Source: Felis catus (lineage: Eukaryota). Taken from it: 64,000 nt of DNA. The notes beneath the pieces were generated by a model. It saw only the letters and a list, made by a program, of their open reading frames with translations, was not told the DNA's origin and searched no databases. The stretch is from assembly GCF_018350175.1 (NCBI RefSeq), contig NC_058383.1, positions 14,200,001 through 14,264,000 of the forward strand, read 5' to 3'. Positions 1-13,070 of the stretch are shown piece after piece; position 1 is the first letter of the stretch, and each line of letters opens with the position of its first letter. The position numbers were made by a program, and so were the translations under genes.

Positions 1-181
1 TCTTGTGTCTCTGGCTTTTTTGGCAGCCACGGCACATCTGAGCAGTTGCCGGCCACGTGGCTTGGCCACAGGCCGGGCTGTGTCTGGGTTTCCCGTCTGG
101 TAGCCAGTGGGTCTGCAGGAGAAGACCGAATCAGAGAAATCCATGCATGTGAGGAAAAGTTAGGGCCTCTGTGAGCCATTC

Positions 182-400
182 TTTTTTTTTTTTTAATGTT
201 TTTATTTACTTTTGAGACAGAGAGAGACAGAGCATGAGCAGGGGAGGGGCAGAGAGAGAGGGGAGACACAGAATCCGAAGCGGGCTCCAGGCTCTGAGCC
301 ATCAGCACAGAGCCCGATGCGGGGCTTGAACTCACAAACCGCGAGGTCATGACCTGAGCTGAAGTTGGACGCTTCGCTGACTGAGCCACCCAGGCGCCCC
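182..400 (-). mobile_element. Carnivore SINE (SINEC, feline type)
   Basis: Poly-T tail, (GA)n tract and reverse-complement head ...CCACCCAGGCGCCCC; TSD AGCCATTCTT on both sides. Confidence 0.97.
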
Positions 401-1549
401 AAGCCATTCTTATTCTTGCTATGGAGAGAGGTCCCCCGGCTGTCCCCAGCAGCCTCTGATGTCCAGGCAAAGAGGTACGGGATGGCTTGGCTTTGCAAAA
501 GGTTCCCAACTCAACCCAACAAATGAGGTCTGTGCCGGTGGCTGGGCCCTCCTCGTACGTGGGGTGTGTGAGAAGTCACGGAGCCACCCACCCCCGTCAT
601 TCAGCTCAGCGTCTGTGACCAGCTGTCCCCAAGGCGGGGCAGATGCCTACTTAGGTCACCCCAGGCAGATGGCGAACAGCAGGGTGGGGCCGAGAGCAGC
701 AGCGTGCATCTCTGATGGGCCCACACTGCCTGAGCCAGAGGCCAGCGGGCCGCTTTGCTTGGAGGGACGTGCAGGGCAGGCCTCGGGCATCACCCAGCGC
801 AGAGGACGCTGGGCTGAACTGGAGTCCATGACTAAGGCTGCCGGAAGAGGCGCCACGGCGAGCGGGCCCAGCGGATGGATGGGCCTGGACCCGAGAAGAG
901 GAAGCAGAGGTTGCTTCTTGCGTTACCATTACTGCCGCTTCTGCTCTGCGCCTCTCCCTCCCCTCCGTGAGACCGATGTTGACTGATCAGTGGTTAAAAT
1001 TCAGGTGGAGTCCTCGTGTATCTGTCGAGATCCGTCAGCCTCACGACACAGAACACCAACTAACCGCACATCGAAGAGGGGTTTGTTTTCCTCCCGACCG
1101 GGGATGTGGGAATGGGCCGCTGCGGCGTGGGGAGAAGCCGAATGGCCGGGCTTTCCCTCCCTGCGGCAAGAAGGCTGCCACAGCTCCAGGCGCGCTGCCT
1201 ACGTTCAAGAAAGAGGGAGGGAAGGTGGCGACAGCGTCCGGGGAGTAACAGATTTCTCAGCTACCCCAGCCTCCGGCAGACTTTCCCTTTGTCCCTTTGG
1301 TCGGAACTCTGGTACACGGCCACTCTTAGTTGCAGGGGAAGCTGGGACGGCGTCTTTGGGGCCGGGAATGAGGCTGGGTTGGGCGGACAGAGAACTTGGG
1401 TGCCTGCCGGGAGAGAGCGTTAAGACCAGCGGATGCTGCCAAGGAAGGCGGAGACGAATCCAGACCCACCCCTGGGCGTGTCTTAGGTGGTGTGAACTTC
1501 GGTTCCGCAGATCCCCGACACGGGCGTGTCCAAAGGTAGGTCGCATAGG

Positions 1550-1721
1550 CCTGGTTCTCAAAGTGTGGTCCTGAGGGGGTACCATCAGCATCGCCTGGGA
1601 ACCTGCTACAAAAGTAAACTCTTGGGCCCCACCCAGGCACACTGGATCAGAAACTCTGGGGGGGGGGACCAGCGAAGCCCCCCAAGTGATTCCAGTGCAC
1701 GCCCAGATTTGGGAACCACTG
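1550..1721. mobile_element. MER5A-like non-autonomous hAT-Charlie element
   Basis: Termini CTGGTTCTCAAAGTGTGGTCC and TTTGGGAACCACTG; internal CAGCATCGCCTGGGAAC and GGGCCCCACCCAG. Confidence 0.85.
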
Positions 1722-1722
1722 A

Positions 1723-1983
1723 CTTGGAGGCCGGGACGTCGGAGATCAGGGCGCCAGCACAGGCGGGTTCTGGTGACAGCCTTCTTCCTGGCTTGTAGAT
1801 GTGGCTGGCTTCTCGCTGTGTGGAGAGAGGGAGGCAGAGGGAGGAGGGGGCAGGGGAGAGGAGGGGAGGGGGAGGGAGGCCCTACTTCCATCCTCACCCC
1901 CATCCCCCCACCACTGCCTTGGGGGTTAGGGCTTCAACATATGATTTGGGGGGGGGGTGGCGCACGGACATTCGGTCCATGAT
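1723..1983 (-). mobile_element. MLT1A-like MaLR LTR fragment
   Basis: GGTTCTGGTGACAGCCTTCTTCCTGGCTTGTAGA and GGGGGTTAGGGCTTCAACATATGA motifs. Confidence 0.8.
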
Positions 1984-2679
1984 GACCGGGCAGTGGTTGG
2001 TCTCGCCTGGGACACATGAGGGTCTTTAGCGTTCCGGCCTTCCCTGAGTTATGCTCAAGGTCACCATTCACTTTGGAGAATTCCGGATTGCCACAGAGAC
2101 CACTGAGCCCTGGGACACTCAGTGGGTGTCCACCAGCACTAAGAGTTTGGGACGTGGGGCCAGGATGGCAGGAGCAAAGCAAGAGGAAGCCGGATCCCGC
2201 CCTCCAGGGTCGTGTGCTAAAGCCCCGAGGAGAGGCCTCCATATCCTGTGCCCTAGACTGGACTCTTTGTCCCCCGGCTCTAACCAGCCCGTCTCATTCA
2301 CGCGGGAGTGAAGGCTCCCCCTTGGGGCCGTGGTGGCCAGCGTCATTGGGGCGGGTACAGCCTTTCAGAGCATGCTCTGCCTCCAGTGACCGCTCCCGGG
2401 TGACTTGTATTTTCGTGAGGCGGGGAGGAGGCACGAATACAGAAGCTAGAGCCGCAGGAAGAGTGGAAGGCGAGGGGGGTTTTATACGTGATGAAGAGTG
2501 GGTGCATTTCCACCACGAATTCCGAGTTCACACACGTCTTGTCACGGGATTGTCGGAACAACTCTGTGAAGGAGGTTACGCTCCGTGCTACAGAAGGGGA
2601 AACCGAGGCGCAGAGCGCCGGAGTCCGCTCCACGCCCCCCCCCCCCCCCCCGGGAGCAAGGCTGGCTTTGACACCCTCG

Positions 2680-3158
2680 GTGTTGTGATGTGCACATGAT
2701 GACCGTAGCTAACACCGGTGTGTGATGCACAGGAAAGGTGTTAACAGAGTAAATCCTGAGTTCTCAGCACTGAGGAAAAAAACCCTCTTTTTATTGTCTC
2801 TATGTGAGATGGTGGTGCTAAGGGTACTGCGGTCAGCATGTCACAAAACACGCAAGTCAAGGGGCGCCGGGGTGGCTCCGTCGGTTAAGCGTCCGACTTC
2901 GGCTCAGATCGTGATCTCACAGTTCGTGGGTTTGAGCGCCGTGTCAGGCTCTGTCTGTGCTGACGGCTCAGAGCCTGGAGCCTGCTTCGGATTCTGTGCC
3001 TCCCTCTCTCTCTCTGCCCCTCCCCTACTTGTGCTCTGTCCGTCTCTCAAAAATAAACATTAAAAAAAAAAAATACACAAGTCAAACCATGAAATGGGAC
3101 ACCTTAAACTTACACGGTGATGTATGTCAATTCTCCCTCCATAAAACTGGGAGAAAAA
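2680..3158 (+). mobile_element. L1 3' UTR fragment split by a SINE
   Basis: AGAGTAAATCCTGAGTTCTCA ... ACCTTAAACTTACACGGTGATGTATGTCAATT...AAAACTGG terminal motifs. Confidence 0.75.
2861..3072 (+). mobile_element. Carnivore SINE
   Basis: Full head, CT tract, AATAAA and A-tail; degenerate TSD ACACGCAAGTCAA/ATACACAAGTCAA. Confidence 0.96.
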
Positions 3159-3796
3159 ACCCTTCGGTGTTCTGCCGAGAACCCCAGTGGCCTCTCCACC
3201 AGACATGCTGTTCCCTAACCTTCCTTTCCATGCATAGCGTCTGTAAGTGATTGCTCTGCCCACAGCCTGGGGCTGGGGTTACGCAGATGGCAGTCCCCCT
3301 CACCTCCTGGGCTTATGTCCCGTTTCCCAGAAGTGGGGTGGTATCAGAGAGAGGACAGAGCTGGACTGGGGAGCCCCTTACGTAGGCTGTGCACCCCGGA
3401 TCCGCGTCTCGTCCTGGCTTCCGAAGGCTGTAAAGGTGGAAGAAGCCATGTGAGGGACTCGTTCCCTGCAAGTCACATTCAACAGTAGACCCCAGAAGGC
3501 CGGTAAGTTGAATTGCAGGAAGAGATGTGCCTGTTACAAGGCCTAGAAAGTTCGCATTGGCTTGACCCGCACGAGAGCTCTCTGTTGACCACATGGAAAG
3601 CCAAAGAAGAATCAGAAGTTGACTTTGGGAGCCTAGAACCCAAACCAGCTGGAGGAATGTGTGGGTGATGGCAGCGATCTGGGACAGAGGATACACCTGT
3701 GGTGCCTCGTGGAGCGGTGGTCTTGCCTTTGGGGCTCTCCTTCTGTGGTTCATGCTGCCCCATGGGTCTCTGGAGCACAGGCTTCTCGCTCCAGAT

Positions 3797-4040
3797 GGTT
3801 TATTTTTAATGTTTATTTTAATTTATTTTGAGAGCGAGTGAGTGAGCGAGTGCACAAGTGGGGGAGAGGCAGAGAGGGGAGACAGAATCCCAAGCAGGCT
3901 CCACATCTTCAGCGCAGAGCCCGATGCGGGGCTTGAACTCACAAACCGCGAGATCGTGACCTGAGCTGAGATCAAGAGCCGGACACTTAACTGACTGCGC
4001 CCCCCTCCCCCCCCCCCCCCCCCCCCCGCCCCGGCCGTCC
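3797..4040 (-). mobile_element. Carnivore SINE with expanded C-run in its head
   Basis: SINE body; TSD GCTCCAGATG; C-rich run at 4000-4027. Confidence 0.92.
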
Positions 4041-6849
4041 TGCTCCAGATGTTTTCACACTGTCAACCAGGCTGCAGTCTGGGAGCCATCCTGTCTCTTT
4101 CAGGTGACTTTGCACGGCTGATTTCTGAGCTAGTGCGCGCTGACGTTACATTTGATCTTGGAGGACAAACCGGAGGTGAAGGGCAGGGGGTGGGGTAAAA
4201 GGAGAACTAAAGCAACCTTCATACGCTGGTCGGATGTTCTGGGACGGATCTTGGCTTCATCCGTGGTGCTCGTTAACCTTGTTCTTACTTTCTGCAACGG
4301 GAACCCCCAGTACCCGGCCAGGTTGCTTTTATTCCCACCCTTGAAGCCAGTCCCAGTGTTACGGATGCTGATTGCCAAGTTTGGGACCAGGAGATTTGTC
4401 CTGGCCTCAGATGCCTCTCTGCGCCTCGCCTTCTCCTGCGTCGTGAGATCCCTGGAGGTTTGACTTTGCCCCTCGCGATAAAAAAAATACAGTCTGCTTT
4501 GCTTGGTTTTGCCCCCATTGGGAATACGACCCTCCGCCCAGGGTTTGTGGCTTTACGACACCGAATCCCACGTTACTCAGGGTCCTCGGTTGTCATGCTA
4601 CAACACAATTTTATTTTGCTGTTTTTGTTTGCTGAGGACCTACGGTGACTTGGATGGAATTACTGCTGGAATAAATGATGTATGAAATGAGAAATCTTTG
4701 TCCAGTGCTGCCAGAGGGAGGGAGAGGAGAGGAGAAGGCTTTCAGCAGAACCGCCGTTGTGCAGAATTAGTCCTGATACAGCCAGAAAGCACAATAGAAT
4801 AAGACAATGAATCGTCATATATTTCTTTCCATTTTTACTGAGAAGCCAGGCTTTTATCACTTTTCCATTACCCCCTTTGAGGCTCCCAGCAAAGGAGAGT
4901 GGATCTTACACCAAATGAGAGCAAACTTTCATGTGGTCCAGCCCTTCCCAGGGGCCGAACACAGGAGGGTGTGATGAAGGGGTATTTTTCTTCTCCCCAC
5001 CCGTGTTCTCACTTTGGGGTGACCCTTTCTTCTCCCTGGGTCCCAGCGCCCTCGCCCTGTTCTCTCTTTGGCCTGGACAAATCTGCTTTCTTAGGAAAGG
5101 AGTGGCCGAGCTCATCCACACTGAGGTTTCGGTGGAGGCTAATGCTTCCTTGCTAACTTCCCTTGCGGTGGTCACAGGTGGGTAACGTGAACGGTGGAAA
5201 ACTGGGATCCAGGGTCGGAATCAGGCAGACGCAGACTTTGTAGGGCAGAAAGCAGGTGGCGCATCTCTGGGCCGGTGCCCGTGAGGTTGAGCGATACGGC
5301 CACACTTCCCACAGCCTGGCTGCCGGGTGGGCCCGGTCTCCTCGTCGGGTCCTTTCTCAGAGCTCTGCAAACCACACACACTTGCCTGCCTGTAAGGCGG
5401 CTTCGTTTTCTTTTTCCAAGGAGTGGGCGATTGCACCGTTTGGCCCCAAGGCTCCAGCTCTCCCACCTGGGAGGGCCGGGCCGGTGTTCCTTCCGCCACC
5501 ACGAACTCCTGGAGCTCCAGATGAAGCCTCCAGGCTGTGCTTGGAATCTGCGACGAGAGCGACAATAGCCAGAAACGTGGAATCCAGGCCAGCCCTCAGC
5601 GGGGCACCTGCCCTTGACCTCACTCACAGCACTTCTGTGGGGGTGTTTACAAAAACTGCACCTGCTGTAGTAGCTGATGGCCGTGCTGGGGAAAAATAAT
5701 CATCTCAGCCATTGGAAAGAGAAAAGGAAAGAAAGTCGGGCCGGGGAAGGAAACGCCCCGTACCCTGCCCTATTTTTGTCTCTGCTGCATGCTCACGGAG
5801 TGTCCTTGAAGGAGTCGCCTTAGCTCTTGGTCTTGGTTTGTTCCTGCCCTGGCAGAATTTCGTGTGTGGCTTGCCAGAACTCCCAGGGGATCTCGTGCCT
5901 CCCTGGCAATGCACAGGCATACTGGCACGTTTGGGGCAGGGGGGGCGGGGGTAGAGAGTGGGAGGTAGGGCCATAAGTCATGGGAGTGGAACAGGTTCCA
6001 AGATGAGAGAATTGAGGCTTAGGTAGGTCAAGTTATTTTCCTGGGACAGAATGTGAAAATCTCTCCTTTTCAGACTCCAGCACGGAGCCTGGCACGTAGT
6101 AGGTGCCCCATAACTCGTTGGTGGCTTAGTAGGAGTTTGGGGCCTGGGGGGGGTGGTGTTTATCCATGCTCCACCCATGTCTCGGTGTCTTGGTTGATTC
6201 CCCTGCAAACTCATGTGCACTGGATCCTTTGCATGTGATGGGAGATGGCTTGGGGGTGGTTGCGGTGAGGGGCACTTGTCAGCCCCCTTTCTAGCCCATC
6301 TGAGTTTGAAATCACTTGCACGACAGGTACAGGAGTCAGGCCAATGGGATGAAAATCTATCAGCTTTATGAGTGATAGAGGCTGGCCTCTGAAGGGTGTG
6401 GCTTCAATCCATGGCCGTAGTGGGTTTCCTACTTTTACCCCACAATGACACTTCTCCACCGAACACGACTGGAGCTGGACAGCTCCCCTGCGAGACAGCA
6501 CGTCCCACATGGCAGAGGATGTATCAGCCATATTCTGTCTGGGCAGGTAAGACTGCAAGAGAGAGAGCCCCAGAGGGGCCGAGCTAGAGCCACGACTTTC
6601 TTCTCCGCTGTCCTAATCAGGCAAGTCAGTCTCGTTCTGGAGTGGGGGCGGGGGGAGAGGTAGCTCCATCCACCATTTATTAAGTCAGTGGGTTAAGTAC
6701 CAAAGGCTGGGGAAATACAGGTTCCCCTAGCCCTGTGATCTTTTGGATCCTGTGTTTGCTCTTGTCCCAAGTAAAATAATGCGTGATGCCCCTCTTTCTA
6801 TGCAGTTAAAGCCCATCCTCTGTCAAAGCAAGGAAGTCATAGGCAGGAC

Positions 6850-7317
6850 CCAGTATCCCTGCCTTGGGCATTTATGCTCGGGTGTCATCCTCCCCCTCTG
6901 AGTGTGGGTAGGACTAGTGAGTCATTCTAATGAACACAGTACAGCAGGAGTGACTTGTGACAGTTCTGAGATTAGGTTATAAAAAGGGCGTGGCTCCCAA
7001 TCTGGGGCACACTCTCTTGGGACGCTTGGCTGGGAGAACCCAGCTGCCATATGGGGCAGCCCTGTGGAGAGTTCCACGTGGCAAGGGTGGGGGGAGGCCT
7101 GACAGCAAACATGTGAGTGAGGCTGCAAGTTGAGCCTTCAGATGAGACAGCAGCCCCAGCTGACAGTTTGACTGCAACCTAATGAGAGACCTCGAGCCAG
7201 AGGCACCAAGCTCTAAGCTGTGCAGATTTCCAACCTGTAGAAACTGAGATAATAAATGTTACTTCGAGCCACTCCACTTTGGAGTAATTTGTTATGCAGC
7301 GATAGCTAGCTAAAACA
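6850..7317 (+). mobile_element. MLT1F-like MaLR solo LTR
   Basis: GATTAGGTTATAAAAAG, GAGCCTTCAGATGAGACAGCAGCCCCAGCTGACA, AATAAATG and end TTTGTTATGCAGCGATAGCTAGCTAAAACA. Confidence 0.88.
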
Positions 7318-7395
7318 GAAATCCTTCTCCTTCCTTCCGCTAGGGCCCTCCAGGTGGCATCACCAGGAAGGCCTAGGGATATCTTAACCCCGTGG

Positions 7396-7625
7396 CTTTT
7401 TTTTTTTTTAATTCTTTTTTGTTTGTTTATTTTTGAGAGAGAGTGTGTGCACGAGCACGGGAAGGGCAGAGAGAGAGAGAGGCGGGGACAGAGGATCTGA
7501 AGCGGGCTCTGTACCAACAGCAGAGAGCCTGATGCGGGGCTCGAACTCACAAACCCTGAGATCCTGATCTGATCCGAAGTCAGACGCTTAAGCTTAACCA
7601 ACCGACAGAGCCACTCGGGCGCCCC
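7396..7625 (-). mobile_element. Carnivore SINE
   Basis: Poly-T, GA tract and reverse-complement head. Confidence 0.95.
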
Positions 7626-10202
7626 ATGTGGCCTGTTCTTTGTAAGGAGAAGAGACCGCCTGTTTGAAAGCAGCTCAGCCAAACCAAGCCCAGGATTTTT
7701 TTTCACCCCAGGCCCCAGACTAGGGATACAGCCGAGCTGGACCACGTGATTAGGCTCTGCAAACAGGTTTAAAAATAGCTTTACTAGCTCGCACTTTGAA
7801 ATTCCAGCCATCCATTTAGGAAATACTGCGTGTAGCTAGAAAAATGATTTTTACATTATTACTTTTCAAGAACAAAGTGATAAGTGACTTTGGAGTCAGG
7901 AAGTGGTTGTTTGCCGAGTTTATGAAAAATAAGGTGTCATCCTTGTCCTATATTACATTGGAGTCGCTGGGAGTTAGAACTTCGTTTTCTGAAATTTGGG
8001 TGTTTTGAGGGACCTTGGACATATTGAAATAAAAGAATGCCTCACAGCTACACAGAAGTGACATTTCCCACTTTTCCCCTCCAAGGATAGAACAGTATGA
8101 GCATGCTGACTCTTTTGGGTCCTTACCAAGGGGCTCCTGCGCAGAGGCCAGGGAAGAGCCTGAAATAGATAGAGACACATGTGTTGCCCCAGCCGCCTTA
8201 GCTGAGACCAGAAGAATTGTCAATTATATTTAGAGAAGACATATTCTCAGACCCCAAATATACTTTCTAACGGCATTTGGGGGATCAGGCCGTTCTGTTT
8301 CCCTGGCTCTGAGCTTGTCCACGAGATCTTTGCAAGTGGCTTGTTTTGACATCATTCTTTGCATAGTCCCAACGTTCCAAATCCCCAAGGAGACAAGTGC
8401 CTTCGGGCGCCTCTTGGCTTTCTTGTTCTTTCTCTCCTTCTCGGTTTGGCTGTTCTGGTGAGGGCTCCGATGGGGGAGTTGTTTGGGGGAAGTGGGCTCC
8501 TTGGGGACAGGTACCCTGTTTCTGTTGTGTCCTTCACCCTTTGCGATCAGGACTGTCAGTTGGCCCATCTTTCCTAGACACGGGCTTTGCCGCTGGATAC
8601 GTGGCCACCCAGGAGAACACTGCATTTGCCAGGCTCCCTTGCGGTGTGGTGGCAGAGATATGATCTAATGGGATTTGGACAGAAGTGCCACGTGCATTTA
8701 AAGGGAGGGAGAATGTGCCCCTCTGCCCTTTCCCACCCCCCACTGGCTGGAACGCAGGTGTAGTTTTGAGCCAACTTGGACCCTAAGGAAGAGGGCGGCA
8801 AGCTAGAGATGGTGAGGAAGAGCCAGGGCCCCTGAGGACTTTGTCAAGCAAGGCTGCTTGCCACGTGCCTCATTTCAGCCGGTGTCACTTCAGGTCTCGG
8901 TCACACAACAGACATCGTGTCTCAATTCATTGCCCCGTATGTCTCCCAGGGTGGCTGTCACTGGGCCTACTATGGAAGGTATGAATCATGAGTCGATGAA
9001 CAAGTCACCAGCCCAGGTAAAGACAGCCACCTCAGGTGGACGCAGGAGGCCCCTTCCTTCTTCAGTCTGTGGCCTCCAACTACTGCTTAGGCCATTAGAA
9101 CCGTAGGTTTGGAGAGAATCTTCCAGATCCTCTCTGTAGTGCACTCTTCACTGACATCAACTTCTGCGCGTCATTCTTGGCCAGTCTGGCTCCCAGCCTG
9201 ATGACGGAGGAGGGACATGACAGGCTTAGTGGCCAGAGAGAGAGTTGGGACTGAGGAGAAGGTGAAGAAGCCGGGCAGACAGAGCAGGCTGGGGAGGGCG
9301 GCCATGATGAAATTGGGCAGCTCGGTTCTGAACAGAGGGGACAGGCAGTTCATCCTTTGAGACCAGGGGGAGCGGGGCTAGATGTGCTGGAGGTGTTTGC
9401 TCTGAGGTAGACGTCCAGGGGCCGAGGGAGATGAACTTCATGGAGTTAATGAAGCAGCAGGCAAGGTTGTGTGCTGAGCCTGGCGTGCGGCTTAAACAGG
9501 ACGCTTGAGTGGCCTTGTGACGATGTGCCACAGCCCCAGTGAGTGGAGGAGAGGGAGCCTCAAGGACCTGTGTAGGTGCCCAGCTGAGGTACTAGAACTT
9601 ACCGACAGTCCACACTGCGGTGCAATGCTTTTGGGAGGTCTTCAGCCGTAGTGATACGGGCCCAGAGGCGTGGTGTGGATTGTAGCCATGGTCCAGGGGA
9701 GGGTTAGGTTGAGGAGTGCCCCCGGGGGCCCTGGGGGGTTGAAATGAGAATGGAGCAATGGTTTGGGGGCCAACCTTGGGGGCTAGGTGGGGAGAGAAAG
9801 GAGATACAAGTGATACTGGCTTGTTGGGGCAGTTTCCGCGCAAACTGGGAGAGGAAGGAGGAGTGTGGAAGGCCTGGCCTGCTTTCTCCCACACTGGGAC
9901 AGTCCTGTGACTTTTCCTGACCATCCTCCTTTAGGGTAGCCTCCTTGAGTCTCTCCTTGCCCTCCCCGGCCCCCACACCGGCCCACCCCTGCACAAGACA
10001 CATTCCTCCCGGCTCTGCTAACGTCCTCGGAGCTGTTCTAGTTCAGCGCACCCTCCTCAGCTCCCGCCTGCTCACCGTGGGACCGTCATCATAGAGGACA
10101 GGCTTGCCGTGGTCATTCTGGCTTTGACCGAGCACCCAGGCACCGCTTTCTAACCCTCTGGCATTGATTGTGCGACTTGTTTGTTCTTTGGAGAGAGACA
10201 GA

Positions 10203-10365
10203 GCTTGGTGGTCAGGAGCTGAGATTTTGGAGGGACACAGACCTAAGTTTGGTTGGACTTTAATTCTGCCTTTTATGAGCTGTGTGGCCTTCAGTCAGTT
10301 ATTCAGTCTCTGTGAAATGGGGGTAATGGAGGTGCCAACGTAAGGAACAAAAGATTGCTTGTGAG
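10203..10365 (+). mobile_element. MIR
   Basis: AGCTGTGTGGCCTT...TCTGTGAAATGGGGGTAAT core. Confidence 0.75.
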
Positions 10366-10445
10366 CTTTGTGGGAATGATCTCAGGATGAAGACAGAGAC
10401 AGGGATCCTTAACATGGCCTAACCCGGGATTAGAAATCAGCCACC

Positions 10446-10652
10446 GGGGGTGCCAGGGTGGCTCAGTCCACTAAGCGTCCAACTCTTGGTTTGGGCTCAG
10501 GTCGTGATCTCACGGTTCATGAGATCGAGCCCCACCCCCGGCTTTACAGGCGTCGGACCTGCTTGGGATTCTCTCTCTCCCTCCCTCTCTCTGCCCCTTC
10601 CCTGTTTGCGCTCACTCTCAAAATAAGTAAATAAATTAATTAAAAAAAAAAA
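10446..10652 (+). mobile_element. Carnivore SINE (older type)
   Basis: Head GGGTGCCAGGGTGGCTCAG, CT tract and A-tail. Confidence 0.93.
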
Positions 10653-11202
10653 ATCGATCAACCAATGAAACCGTCCATCTTTTGGGAAGGACTCCCATGA
10701 CCAGATGGATACTTCTGAGGAAAGGCAATTAACCTGTGTCACACAGCCCCACCCTAGACACTCCCAAAGAGCCCATTGTGCTTGTATTGTTTATTCGCTC
10801 ACAGACAACACACAGTTGAGTAATTACACTCTAATTCTTGGGCGCCCAGTCGTTCCTGTCTTCCACCCACCTACTCTGGGGAAGCTTTGTCCCAGCCTAC
10901 AAATAACGTGACCGAGATCTGTGGGTTTTTCTACCCAGACACACACTTGTATCCCGCGGGGGCCGTGCTGACAATGCGTGCTAAAAAGTCAAGCGACGGC
11001 AAAGCCATCTTGATTTTGCGAAGCACACTGCAGGGCCAGGATATAGAGGAGGGCACCGGTGTGAAGTAGCCTACGTTAATTGTGACACTCCAGGGAAATT
11101 TGTCGTCCTTGGGCTGGAAAGAAGGCAGCCGAAAGAGTAAAGCAGCACCAGGCCGAGCGCAGTTGGAGACCCACGACTTTGCCGTGAAAGAGTAGGGGCT
11201 TT

Positions 11203-11447
11203 GGGGGCACCTGGGCGGCCCAGTTGGTGAAACGTCTTGGCTCTTGATTTCGGCTCCGGTCGTAATCTCGTGGTTCGTGGGTTCGAGCCCCGCATCGGGC
11301 TCTGTGCTGACAGCTGAGACCGGAGCCTGCTTTGGATTCTGTGTCTCCCTCTCTCTCTGCCCCTCCCCCACTCACCCTCTGTCCCCCTCTCAAAAATGAA
11401 TAAACATTAAAGCAATTGAGAAAAAATAAATACCACTTAAAAAAAAA
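11203..11447 (+). mobile_element. Carnivore SINE with extended 3' tail
   Basis: SINE body then AATAAA-TACCACTT-A9; TSD-like AAAGAGT(A/G)GG. Confidence 0.92.
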
Positions 11448-11908
11448 GAGTGGGTACACTGCAGTCACCCCAGGCATGCGTGCAGCTTCTTGTCCTGAGC
11501 CCCGAAGGTGACCAGCCCTGTGGACGCTGGGGACTGAACTGGGTGGGTGGGTAGATTTTCCGACTGTCTGATGGGCAGAGGCTGGAGATCATTAGAGGGA
11601 AACCCATGTGCAAATTAGTATTTCAAATTAACTTTCTGGAGATGGAAATTTTGAAAAAAAAAAAAAAAGGCACCGAAATCACTCCATAAAAACAGGGGGA
11701 ACCAACACAAGAAGGCGAGCCTGAGTCGTGAAGCTTGCGGAGGATAGAATTGTTTTGCAAAGAAGTGCACTTGCTACCCGATATGGTTGAGGTTTTGCCA
11801 GGACCCAGAGGTTTCCAGCTAGCTGGTGGCCTTGTAAATTCGGAGTCACACTTTTGGAAAGCCATTTGGAAGTACGTATCATGAGCTGTAAAAATATTGC
11901 ATGTCTTC

Positions 11909-12140
11909 TTTAATTGGCTCTTTTTTAAAAATGTTTTTATTTTATTTTTGAGTGAGGGAGAAAGGGTGTGAGCAGAAGAGGGTCACAGAGAGAGAGGGAG
12001 ATCGAGACGCAGAATCTGAAGCGGGCTCCAGGCTCTGAGCTGTCAGCGCAGAGCCTGAAGCGGGGCTCGAACTTACAAACAGTGAGATCAGACCTGAGGC
12101 GAAGTCGGACGCTTAACTGACTGAGCCACCCAGGTGCCCC
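11909..12140 (-). mobile_element. Carnivore SINE (full copy of compound insertion)
   Basis: Full body; tail carries TTAATTGGCTC. Confidence 0.95.
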
Positions 12141-12178
12141 TTTTATTTATTTTTTAATTGGCTCTTTTTTTTTTTAAT

Positions 12179-12397
12179 ATTCTTTTTTTTTTTTCAACGT
12201 TTATTTATTTTTGGGACAGAGAGAGACAGAGCATGAACGGGGGAGGGGCAGAGAGAGAGGGAGACACAGAATCGGAAACAGGCTCCAGGCTCCGAGCCAT
12301 TAGCCCAGAGCCCGACGCGGGGCTCGAACTCACGGACCACGAGATCGTGACCTGGCTGAAGTTGGACGCTTAACCGACTGCGCCACCCAGGCGCCCC
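12179..12397 (-). mobile_element. Young feline SINE nested in a SINE tail
   Basis: Young-type head; TSD GGCTC(T)10-11AA at 12160 and 12398. Confidence 0.97.
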
Positions 12398-12842
12398 GGC
12401 TCTTTTTTTTTTAAATGTTTTTATTTTATTTTTGAGAGAGACAGAGAGAGAGAGAGACAGGATGTGAGCAGAAGAGGGTCACAGAGAGAGAGAGAGAGAG
12501 AGAGGGAGGAAATATTTCATACCTTCTGAGCCGGTAATCTCCCTTCTGGGAATGTATCCTAGGGCAGTCAGTCTGAAAGAAGGAAAAAGTACCACATGCA
12601 TGACGATGCTGCTTGTCTCGTTGGTTTTCATACTAAGCACTTGGAAGCGAAACTTAGGGGCACGTCAGGGCTGGAATGGTGACTTAAATTATGGGCGTAT
12701 CGAACCACAGAGCATCCCCCATTCATTATAATTACGAAAAGCACGGGAGCGATTGCCTTTCCTTTTCGGACCTCCGTTGTGGGAATGCTGCTGCAAGTCA
12801 AGGTCTACTTTGGTCACGGTAGCTTTTAAAAGAATCATTTTG

Positions 12843-13070
12843 GGCGCCTGGGTGGCGCAGTCGGTTAAGCGTCCGACTTCAGCCGGGTCACGAGCTCGCG
12901 GTCCGGGAGTTCGAGCCCCGCGTCGGGCTCTGGGCTGATGGCTCGGAGCCTGGAGCCCGTTTCCGATTCTGTGTCTCCCTCTCTCTCTGCCCCTCCCCCG
13001 TTCATGCTCTGTCTCTCTCTGTCCCCAAAATGAATAAACGTTGAAAAAAAAATTAAAAAAAAAATAAAAA
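12843..13070 (+). mobile_element. Young feline SINE
   Basis: Perfect 16-bp TSD TAAAAGAATCATTTTG (12827-12842, 13071-13086). Confidence 0.98.

Larger units (their letters stand above)
11815..12735 (+). mobile_element. Old L1ME fragment interrupted by a SINE cluster
   Basis: GCTGGTGGCCTTGTAAATT...CTTTTGGAAAGCCATTTGG and AATCTCCCTTCTGGGAATGTATCCT motifs. Confidence 0.7.

Noticed and set aside
459..2699. Overlapping 175-232 aa ORFs
   Set aside because: GC-rich chance ORFs that run through MER5A and MLT1A; no recognisable domain
12843..13070. tRNA-like A/B boxes (GGTGGCGCAGTCGG, GTTCGAGCC)
   Set aside because: tRNA-derived SINE heads with CT tract, A-tail and TSD; not tRNA genes (applies to all SINEs here)
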